Assembly (NCBI RefSeq): GCF_009834535.1
Contig: NC_045698.1
Location: 15,068,001 to 15,132,000, forward strand
Source of the DNA: Camelus ferus
Lineage: Eukaryota
Direction of reading: 5' to 3'
DNA length: 64,000 nt
Positions 53,625 through 64,000 of this stretch are shown piece by piece. A program made the position numbers and the translations under genes. The notes under the pieces were generated by a model. That model worked only from the letters and a program-made list of their open reading frames with translations. It ran no database searches and was not told where the DNA came from. How positions within the stretch are numbered: position 1 is the stretch's first letter; each line of letters begins with the position of its first letter.

Positions 53625-54335
53625 TCCCTTCCTGAATTACAGCTAACAGCCTCATAATTGGCTGACCTGACTTGACCCTTTCCATCTCCCATGACTTTTC
53701 TGTGTGGTAACCAGAATTATCATTAAAAAACAGAAGTCCAGTCTCTCACTCTTCTGCTAAAAACTTTGAATTAACTCCCTGTTTTACTCTGAGTATAAGC
53801 CAGACTCTTCAAAATGACTTACCATCCCCACGTGATACTTCCTCCATCAGTTCTCAGACGTCTCCAGTTCCTCTCCCTCTGGTTCACCTTCTGCTTTCCC
53901 CCCTACACGAGCCTCACAGGTTTCTCCAAATGTGCCAGACAAGTTCCACATGTAGGATTTTGCTCTGACTCTGAATGGGCCAGTTTTCCCCAAATATCCT
54001 CCTGGGTGAACTCCTTCACCTCTTCAAATTTTGGCTCAAATATCATCAAAAGGAAGCCTACCCATTCCAGCCAAATAAAAGCGTAATCCACCCCTAGGCC
54101 CCACCTACAATAAAAAACCCTTTCCTTGTTCTTTCATTCCATAAAGCTTATCACCTTTTAATGTAAAATATCATTTATGTGTTCATGTTCATCATTATCC
54201 GCTGCCCCATCACCTCCAGAACATAAATTCCACAAAGGCAGACAACATCTTTGGTTCCTAAAGTATCTTTGGAACATGAAATAGAACCTGGCTCATTGAA
54301 GGCCATCAATACATAATTTTTTAGGTTGAATTACA
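53625..54335 (+). mobile_element. L2a-like 3' end
   Basis: ctgaattacagctaacagcctcataattgg...tagaacctggctcattgaaggccatcaatacata. Confidence 0.8.
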
Positions 54336-56699
54336 TGAAAAGAGACAGAAACAAAACATGTTTTGGCCTAAATGTAAATGGTAGCATTAAATTGTTAATT
54401 GCCCTTGAAAACAATTGTTTTCTTTAAAAATCAGCATATTGTACAGAATTGAGAATTCACCTTGGAGCAATTTAGACTTTATATGTTGTTTGAATTTTGA
54501 TTAAGCAATGTCTTTGAGTTCACCAAATCAATCACGCAAGCAGATCTAAGACTCTAAATCCAGACTTCCTTATGAAGTACATATTAAATGATCTTTGAAA
54601 TTAAGCATTAATGATCATGAACAATGAAATAAGTTTCAAATGCTATATATCAGAAAGACCTTCATAAGAAAAAATGTCATTTGCCTCATTTCAATAAGCA
54701 TTATTAGGTTCAACAAATCAAGGATGATATAATTTAATTTTTCATATTAAAAGTTTGCAATTTTCATCTAGTTTAATGTTCACAGGCTCTCATAATTTTT
54801 GTTCACTTGGTATTTTTTTAATTAAATCCGTAGATTGTGCGGCTTTCCTTTTAAAGTAAAAATCTTCCTTGCATTTTTGCAAATAAAAGTTACCTACTGC
54901 AATCTTCAAATAACATATATCATACATCTAATCCATCAACACATTGACAAATTTGCTGTTGAAACCATAATGAGTTGTTCTCTTGGTTAAGTCTTAAACT
55001 ATATTGCGTATTACATGTGAAAAACTGTAAGTAGTGATTTAGTAGAATGTTCTCACCTTCTTTTTTTCTGTCCTTTATGTTTCATTATAATGATCTTCTG
55101 AGCAAGATCCCACTGCAAAATCATCCCTTTCCCTTTTGAGAAATAGTCTTATGAGAGTGAAAATGTGAAATAATGAAAAGGTTAGAATATGTTTAAATTC
55201 ATTCTTGTAAAGGTTACGATTGCATCTTTATTTGGGTCAAAATCAAATCATTGCTTCCAGTCTTCATCTGTTAGGCAGATTAGTGTCAGATATATACAAT
55301 ATAGCATTTGTTTCAACACTTAAGGATAATACGTTATTGTAAACCTTTAATCTTAATGACCTTCAAACGTACCTCACGCTTGAATACTTATTTCTCTAAA
55401 TGTCAACCCACCATTTAAACTATTGCCCATGTAAGACAAAAAAGCAGTCTATCTCGACTCAGGAAATGTTTCTCATATGGCTATTTAAACATAGCAATCA
55501 GGATGTAAAAGGTTTGAAAATCAATTGCATGCTTTCAGAATCTATTCTGCAGCACTGGATCGGAAGTATCAACCCACAAGCACAGGATATGGAAATCTCT
55601 TCAATAAATGTCACCGATATTTCATAGCATTTTTTGTTTCACTACCAAGAAGCGTCGAAGAAATGTTACTAGGATGTTAGTGTCAAATGTTTCTGCCTTT
55701 AAAGATCATTTTAAAATATATTTAATTCAGTTAAAACAAGTAAGAATTAGCATCATAGTAAACTGTCACCAGTCTGAATAAGCAAGTACACCTAAGTCAT
55801 CAACCCCACCGGGAGAACATTACACCCTTCCTGTGTCATTATCTCTGAAACCTGCTCTGTGCATTACGGTCACCTATGCACTTGAGACATTGGTATTCCA
55901 GGTTTACTGTCAAAACGTGACAGTGAAAGGGGATTTCATCTTTTGAAATGTAAAAATAAATTAGATCCAATAATTGGCATGAAGAAATTGAAATCCCTGC
56001 ACATGTCAATTAAAACTTTCCAATTTGAACAGAATATATGCATGAGTCAAGACAGTACATTTCAATTAAGTTTTTATTTGTTTGTTTTCTCAAATGACTA
56101 TTAAGTTCTATATACTCAAATCTAAAATGTTGTTATCTTACAGTCTTATTAAATAATACTCTATGATTCCTTATTAACTTTAAATGATTTTTAAATTTTG
56201 AAGCTAATTAATTTATTTTATTTTTATCTTGGAGGGACACTTGAAAAACTCATCAAGTCTCAGAAAATCTTCACATTAAAAAAAAACCTCTGTAGCATAC
56301 CATACTTAAGAATGGTCAGTAGTTGTACATATAATAATCTGTAAATAATCTTCAATGATCTTTTAATCAGCCAATGTTTTCCTCTAGGTCTGTTTATTGT
56401 CACCAATGTATAAATCCTATTTTTATATTTGATTATCTCTTCTCTTCCTACAAAGGATATCAACTCTAATGGAAATTATTTGTGTAGGAAGAGGAAACTG
56501 AAGCCTCTTCCTTCTTTTTTTTTCATAAAAAAAGGCCTGCTTGATACTGCTTCTTTACTTAAGTGGGCCTGAATATAACAAATTACTACTATACAATATT
56601 CTAGTGAGGTCAGTATCTGGCATATAATATGTAACATATTAGGGTTTTTTTTTTCTCTAATGTATTTCAGTGGTTTAAGTTGAATAAAGGAAAGGAGAC

Positions 56700-57395
56700 A
56701 AATATATCTTCTGGAAAATTAAATATATAAAAAAGCAGATACTGGAGAGGAGTTAACACTTGGAAACAGAGAACACAGGGTAAAGGATGACTTTCTCATC
56801 CGTTTTGCTTTTAGCCTGAGACTACTCCAGATTACATCTGACAGGGAGGCAAAAGCATCAGTAGAAAATCAGCCTCATTTTTTTGAACAACCAGAAGACA
56901 GAGTTCAGGGCAATCACAACTACCGGAGTCTAAAAGTGAAAATGTCAGAAAGGACAGAGCTAGGGAGGGGAAGCCCCAAATTCTGTGTATAAATGTTGCC
57001 CAAATATCTGGCTAACCCCTGAAACAGACAAACATGGGACTGACTTCTAAAAGGCCAGCTAAAACTCAAAGAATGCGATGTAAATTTTAGATGCCTCCCA
57101 TGACAGGGAAGAAAGAGTTTCATAATTGAATTGATTGTCAAGCTAATTGCCTGCTAAAATAAAACAAAGTATTAGCACTCTTAGGAAGACCATAACAGAA
57201 CCCAATTTCTTCTACATAGTAACATTCAAAATGTCCAGGATGCAATTCAATATTATAAAATATATTAAGAAGGAGGAAAACATAACCAATTCTCAAAAGA
57301 AAAAATGATCAGAAGAGTCAAAGATCTAGATGACTTTAAAATCTAGATATTGATATTAGAAGAAACGGATTTCAAAACAACTATTTTTAACTACT
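56700..57395 (+). mobile_element. Old L1 (L1M4/L1MC-like) 5' region fragment
   Basis: ccccaaattctgtgtataaa..cccaaatatctggctaacccctgaa; aacattcaaaatgtccaggatgcaattc. Confidence 0.7.
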
Positions 57396-57399
57396 CATC

Positions 57400-58373
57400 T
57401 TACAAAATTCTCTCTTCTTTCAAAGTCAAATTTTGAGGCTGAGGAGAAGATTCAGAGAAAGGAACCCTTCCTAATCATATTTAGGGGAAGGACAAAAACT
57501 GCCTAATTTTGTTGGTCAGATCCTCCAGTTGGCTTATAATAAGCCTTACGACTCACTCACTGATCCCCAAACAGCAATAGGAAGATTTCAAGATTTCATT
57601 TTGCAGCATAATGTTTTACATTCAGCTTCTGTAAGCTCCAAAAACCTTACACTTGAAGAAAAGAAGTATTTTCTCCAGGGTCTTGTAAAGATGTGTGCAA
57701 CTGGATCATGTAATGACAAGTGTTTGTTAAGTGGGCCATTTTTCTGTGGCCATTTTTCATCTCCAAATCACTCAGCAAAATTTGTTTATTTTTTTCTTGT
57801 ATGTACTCATGCATTTTACCTCTCAGCCCAACACCCTGTGGAAAACTCGTCTTTTGGTGACCTACCAGTTTTCTATATTTAACAGGAGTTTTATGTCCTC
57901 TGGGATGTTCAGGCATTTTAATTTTCTTAAACATGATTAGGTCACCTAGTTTTTATTTAATAAATGGAAGCCTTTTTTTTGTAGCATCATCTACAAGTTT
58001 TAAATTTAATCTCTAAAGGTTCTTGGGACCAGCGTCTGTCTGCAAAGGAATCAGTTTGTTGGGAAGATGCAGGATTTTCTTTATCCTGTGGAAGATGGGA
58101 CTCCGCATGGAGCCGACCATAGATGGACCATTGTCGGGACAGATGCCAACAGTTCCTTCAAGAGAGACCCTTTGTTTTCAGATATAAATAAAACATTAAG
58201 TATATCTTAGCCTTTGCTGTTGGGAACAGCTCTTTGTAGCAAGAAAAAACATATCTTCAAATTTTATCATCATTTAAAAATATTTCAAAAGCTACAGCTT
58301 GACATATTTTGGTAAATCTATTGACTTCTCAACCAGGTAGAGTTTTGTTTTGATTTGGGGTGTGTGTGTGTGT

Positions 58374-58410
<37 letters not shown>

Positions 58411-59010
58411 AATACAAAACATTGCTGTAGGACGTGACATGTTATCAATGTATCAACACATACTATTTGAGAGTGAAATAGTTTCACTTCTCTCATACTG
58501 CATCTTTTGTTAGCATTTTATTCACTAAATATGCTGGAATTACTAGGTTCTCACAGTCTGACTTTCCTTCCTCTCACAATGTTTCTGTTTTGTTACTAAA
58601 TGATTTATTCCTAAGCATTTGCAATAAGGATAACTTTGTAAACAAAGGCTCTAGTCTGTCCATTTTGAGACCCTAATAACTCTTATTTTTCAAATGGTTA
58701 TGGTACATAGATTTGTGGATTTTTTTAATTTTACTGGAACCATTGCTACATTTACAAGTTGTCTCTTCGCCACCTCCCCCCACAGATGATTTCCAGTGGA
58801 ATTAAATAACTTGGACTGCCTATGTAAAATTCATCGATAAGAAGTTTTCATAGGAAAGACTAACTTTCTGGGTATCCGTTGTTCATGAGGGCAGTGGTAT
58901 GACTTGTAAGACTTTAATTCTTCATTACTAAGCACTTCAGAGTAGTTTGTGGGCCTATACACAGAATCCTCCTGTTCCATCTAACACTTGATCTTAAAAA
59001 AGACGAAATG
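57400..59010 (-). pseudogene. hAT-Charlie/Buster-type transposase fossil (ZBED5/ZBED8/FAM200-related family), multiply frameshifted
   Basis: Collinear minus-strand peptides QLVNVAMVPVKLK (58761-58723), ENLVIPA (58552-58532), VGICPDNGPSMVGSMRS (58150-58100), LVDDATK..FIK..MFKK, LRGKMHEYIQE, QLHTSLQDPGEN, PFSESSPQPQNLTLKE (57462-57415). Confidence 0.88.
58360..58406. repeat. (TG)n microsatellite inside the transposase fossil
   Basis: Direct reading; one interruption. Confidence 0.95.
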
Positions 59011-59178
59011 GTACTCACAATACAAATGCAAATACAAACAGAATATAAAAAAAAAAAGCACAATAAATAACACAATTAAAAAAAACGAAATATGAAATCT
59101 TTCTAATACAATCCACTTTCTATATGATTCATTGACTTGCAGGATTTAAAATTATAGCAAACCAGTGGGAGAGAACTG

Positions 59179-59522
59179 TGTTGACCTGAAACAAACAGAC
59201 TGATAGAGATTTCTCCAGTAAAGATGGGCTTACTTGAGATCAGGAGAGAATTGCAGTTTGAGGTCTTCAACCATGGTGAGCCATGTGCAAGTCTCCACAG
59301 GCACAGGAAGGAGAACATTTTTATAGAGGGAAAGGAAAGTTAGGAAGGAAGAGACTAAGGTAAACAAAGAGTACACGGCTTCTCATTGGCTGAGACCTTT
59401 GTTGGGAAAGGAGAGTCTTTCTTCTTCCTGCTGGGCACTATTATTGTCTCAGAGTGTAAGAGCTCCCTCTTCCAGTCCCCCAGCTTTATTCAATTGAGTT
59501 TTCTGTTTATTAACTTTTTACA
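59179..59522 (-). mobile_element. ERV1-class solo LTR (MER34-like)
   Basis: tgttgacctgaaac...taactttttaca termini, ~345 bp; no PBS or TSD recognised. Confidence 0.7.
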
Positions 59523-60439
59523 TGTGGTAGTTGAGAGAGCAGCCAAGTTACACAGCATACATTTTTTTCCTCCAATTTTCTGTTTCACTAATAAATGTCC
59601 TTTGCCCTTGTAAGTTAGTGGGCAGAGTATAGGGAGGTTTGGAGAGAGAATCTGAGAGGCAAGAAGCCCTTTACATCAGCTTTGACTCCCCCCTGTAGGC
59701 AACACAACCTTCAGAAACTCATAATATATTCAAACAAAGCAACATAGTCTTCTGTACATTGCCCGAGGGGGCGGAATACCTATAACAAGATTGCTAACGT
59801 GGTTGCTTGGTATCTCCTTATTATTATTCATCTTTTCTAATTTAGTGCAGCTATTCCATCTGTGCTGTTGGGTTTCTGCTCTCTTCCCACAGCTTCAAAA
59901 TCTTATTTGTTCTAAATGGCTTATCAAAATGCGTTCAACAAACAGAGTGCCTTTCCTAAGAATTCAAAGGCTAGTTGCTAGAGTGATAAAACATGCACCC
60001 CCTTACGTTACACAAACCACATTTACTTCTCTGTAAAAGGAAGGGGGCCGGTCAGGGCATGTAAGACTCTCAGATGTCAACATGAGGGGCAGGTTTTGCT
60101 ACTGAAAAGCCAAAATGTGAATGAATCTTCTTGAAATTAAGGCATGGGCCAAATGTGTCGAGTTCTTCTTGTTTTCATAGAACCAAATCAAGCATTTCTT
60201 CTACAAAATAAGACAATTGTAGAAATCTAGGTTGAAAGTAAGCCAATGTTTATATGAATACATCACTGGAATTAATATTTAGAATGATGGAAATCAGCAT
60301 ATACAGGCATGTTAATATGTAATACAAACCACAGACAGCTAATATGTCATATGTTTTATATATATGTAAATATAATATGCATACATGTAAATAGCCAAAA
60401 CATATAATATGTTCTATGTGCATAATGCTATTCCGTTCA

Positions 60440-60626
60440 ATCTGCTTATTTAATACTCACAATAATCCTCTGAGGTATGTGCTATCACTATACCATTTTA
60501 CTGAGGGAAAACTGAGGCCCAGATAGGATACTTTTCCAAGGTCACAAAGGTAATAAATGATAAGGAAAGGATTTCAACCCAGGTACTCTGGCCTGAAAGC
60601 TATTGAGTTTAACCGCTACACAGTAT
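60440..60626 (-). mobile_element. MIR
   Basis: Core ccattttactgagggaaaactgaggcccaga..ccaaggtcaca..ggatttcaacccagg. Confidence 0.9.
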
Positions 60627-61169
60627 GGCAAATTTGATAGCCAGATATTGTTTGTATTTCACCACGGATGTCAAGAATCCAAACAAAAAAGATATGTAAT
60701 CAATAATAGATATGCATATTGTCAAATATAATCTATTTTTAGATTTTTCTCAATCTGATTATTAAGCATTCATGCACTTTTATGCTATTACTTTAATCTT
60801 ATTTTTTACTTATTATATGAATTCATTTTAATTGGAGATGCAGATTTTTCACATTTTCCTATCTTAAGGATGGACTCCATGATTCTATCACCACCTAGAC
60901 ACACCCACATACTATTTGTAATGCACATAGTATTCTGACCTTGGTGAAATAGACCTGCACAAAATATTTAGTCACAAATGACCATCTTTATGATGTCAAG
61001 AGAATCCTGGGTGAATTTTCTAATCATGAGTAACCACACACAGCCTAATGTAAATACTTGTTGTGCAGTTATCTCCAATTTTAAATCCACTTGGTATCAC
61101 AGCCCTTTTTTGCTGGCCTTTAAAAATATCTTGTTTTCAGTTAAATGTTTTTTTTAAGAATATCATTTT

Positions 61170-61324
61170 AAAATATTTTATTTATTTTGTTTGTGGGGAT
61201 TTTTTTGAGGGGGAGATAATTAGGTTTATTCATTTATTTGTATTTGGAGGAGGTACTGGGGATTGAACACAGGACCTCGTGTTTGCTAAGCATATGCTTT
61301 AACCACTAAGCTATACCCTCCCTC
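61170..61324 (-). mobile_element. tRNA-Ala-derived SINE (vic-1-like), copy 2
   Basis: gaggtactggggattgaacacaggacctcgtgtttgctaagca..ctataccctccc; TSD aagaatatcatttt / aataatattatttt (12/14). Confidence 0.9.
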
Positions 61325-63272
61325 AAATAATATTATTTTTTAACAGAAATCAAATCTCTATTTATGGTAAACTGGAAAATACTGTAGGATATAATATACT
61401 GAAAGATACGTCTGTGCTCTTTGCAGAAAGGACAACGTAACAAAAACAGTGGTTTTAAATAACAAGTTTAATTGCAAACTGAACTTATCTATCTTAAAAT
61501 GGCTTTATTTTAGTATGCAAAGTTTTACTAACATTGTCACATATACATTTTAAAAGCAGATAAAACAAAATTGTTCACGAGATGGTATTTTCCTCTTATA
61601 ATTGTAAATTTACTGTGTAGCAAAGAGAGTAGGGAGGTCAAACATCATTTAAAAACACAGAAGTTTTTAAAAATCCATTTATTATATATATATATATTTT
61701 AAGGCAATTTATGTAAACTGCTTTGTCTTGCAGATATAAGCACAAGCTAAAATTTGAAAATTTGTAGCAAAAAAAGAAACAAATGACATCACATTAAAAT
61801 AACTTAATAAACATGAATATTTATTCCAGACTGTGGCCATAATTAGTACTTTGATTATATATCACACCCTCAGAGTAATTGCTATTTCAGGAGTCTATAT
61901 TTTGAGTCTGAGACATGGTAATAAGTTACTAGGACAATCTGAAATGTGGCTTAATGTTCAAATCATTCAGGAAGCACTGCTGAAGCAATTCACAAATAGG
62001 GAAACGGTGTGTGGTTCTACCAAATGATTCAGTGTTTCTTTAAGCCTAGAGAAGTTAAAATTTCAAAATTAACACTTTGTAGATGATTATCACTGAAAAA
62101 GTATGTTATGCAATCTACTTATATAATAGGTCAAAAGTAAGAGAAATCCAACACAACAAGCAAAGCCCAAAGTGTTTTGTGTCTCATTTCCTACCCCAAT
62201 AAAATGATTTGAGCTGGAGCCAGTAGCTCGACATGGAGCAGAGTTAAGACTGTTGAATCAATTTTAGAGGTTATTGACAATATAAGCAGAAGTATCAGTT
62301 TTAGAGGATTGATGTTCTAAGTATCTCTGAAAGACCCAGCGTGGTTGTCTTGCGCCTGAGAAATAGTTGGGAAGTTTTATTTAACCTGTTTTCTCTTATA
62401 GCAATGCTTAAGAAAGTAGGGATGAGAGTTGAGTCAAATCCCATCCTTTCCTCCATAGCAACACATAACCACAACTTCACTAATAATCAAAGGCATATTC
62501 ATTGAATAGAACATAATTAAAAAGATGTAGAATTTTTGTTTTACTGATATATTATTCAATCCATAAGGTGGACATTGAGGAATGGTTTCTATATTCCGGC
62601 CATGGTACCCAAAATGATTTGACTAATATTTTTGACACAAAATAAAGAATATACAAATGGGACCAGTACTGAATTTCTAAATGAGGACAAATCTAATAAA
62701 CAAGCAAAGCAAATGTTATTACATGTGTTCAGATGAATTTCTATAGCTTATTATGAAAATCTGTTTTACTGTTATCAGAGCTACTAGAGATAGGCTTATC
62801 AAACATGAATGGTGATTAAGCGTTGATTTTCCAAATCTATGACGTTCAGTATACCAGAGAAATGCAATAGCTTCAACTCTGATTTTGGAATATTAAACAT
62901 TGTCTTCTTAAAATTTCTAGCAAAACTTTCAACAGCGTCCATTAATACATTATATTGGACAATTTAGTCTCTGAATTAATCAGAGTCTAAAGACTAAATT
63001 AAAATCACTGAGAATGTATGCATCTTTGTTTACTTATATAAAATCTTTACAAAATGATACTGGTCAGCAAAATTAGAATTAGAAGGTGAATATGGTAACC
63101 TTAATTCTAATATTGCCTTTTAAAAATATAACTTTACAAATAAGTAAAGTTTTTTTTTTCAAACACATAGAACATTTTTTCCAGTTCAAAAATAAACCAT
63201 TTAATGATGATCTACTATTTAACAAGTATATCTTCTAGAAACAAAAACACACAAATAATGTACAACCAGGCA

Positions 63273-63276
<4 letters not shown>

Positions 63277-63304
<28 letters not shown>
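63277..63304. repeat. Poly(T) run, 28 nt
   Basis: Direct reading. Confidence 0.95.
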
Positions 63305-64000
63305 GGTTTGAGAGGTAGCTTTGTGAAAGAGCAAACAGACAAACAACAACAACAAGGAAAACAATGCAGAGGCATTCCAGATATAATATAAAAATTTGCA
63401 GATACAGAATTAGGGCAAAAGGAGGAGTGTTTGGAAACTCAGGTAAGGGTTGACTAAAGAGGTGATACCCGTGATGTGGGTGTTGTGATGTTAGTGTGCT
63501 TGTTTGACAATAAAAAAAGAACTCTCCAGGAATGTCCACAGGCAGAGAAAAAATGCGTGTACATAACATGACAGTTAGAATCTATTTGGAAAAGTGAGGT
63601 TGTGGAAATCATAAATGATGGGGAAAAAAATCTGCATACAATATTCAGAAACTTATGTCACTTTTGGAAGTATTGAATGATATTAAACAAAGAAGTATGA
63701 GTTGAATAGATAATACATTTTGCAGGGGATTAGTTTTGGAGCCAGTTGGCCTGCAAAAGTAAGATCAGAATACAGTAAAACATTTTATTGAGGTCTATTG
63801 TTAAGTCTCTGTTAAAGATTATGCTAAAACCTGTCTTAAGACAAGATAGATGTGAAAAAAATATGAAGCTATATGAAGTATATTAGAGAAATAAAATTAA
63901 AAAAAACCTCATTCTCAAAACCATTCAAACTCAACATCCATTATGTCTCATCATTTCTATCTGTAAAATATAATTTGCCTCTATCCAGTAATCTTTGCAT

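Noticed and set aside
57640..57790. Retroviral gag-like peptide (GDEKWPQKNGPLN...MIQL)
   Set aside because: Superficial match. The same bases fit the much longer collinear hAT transposase alignment (EEWLQKLAYL...MNQLNKSLQGPGEN-type region).
57529..57882. 117-aa plus-strand ORF considered as a novel gene or bornavirus-like EVE
   Set aside because: It is the antisense shadow of the transposase fossil, starts at TTG and has no convincing viral motifs.
59758..59776. CTCF-like motif (also near 10040)
   Set aside because: Several mismatches in the 5' half of the core; not supportable without ChIP data.
1..64000. CRISPR arrays, operons or other prokaryotic systems
   Set aside because: The sequence is clearly mammalian; no regularly spaced repeats or gene-dense coding blocks.

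Overview
AT-rich mammalian non-coding DNA (intergenic or deep intronic). I found no protein-coding exon, RNA gene or CpG island that I can support. The window is a mosaic of transposable-element fossils: L1s of several ages, L2, MIR, MaLR/ERVL/ERV1 LTRs, and hAT and mariner DNA transposons. Two tRNA-Ala(AGC)-derived SINEs resembling the camelid vic-1 family, plus cetartiodactyl-type L1 3' ends, suggest a camelid genome (inference). The only recognisable protein remnants are two L1 ORF2p C-termini and a ~1.6 kb frameshifted hAT-Charlie/Buster transposase on the minus strand (57.4-59.0 kb) that the ORF track largely hides. Other notable structure: a twin-primed 5'-inverted L1 inside an ERVL, an L2 carrying three nested insertions, a TSD pair recording opposite-strand CpG decay, and repeat-free islands with motif clusters (candidate enhancers). 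I found no convincing new biological system. Repeat family names come from recalled consensus sequences and need RepeatMasker/Dfam confirmation; boundaries are approximate unless a TSD is given.
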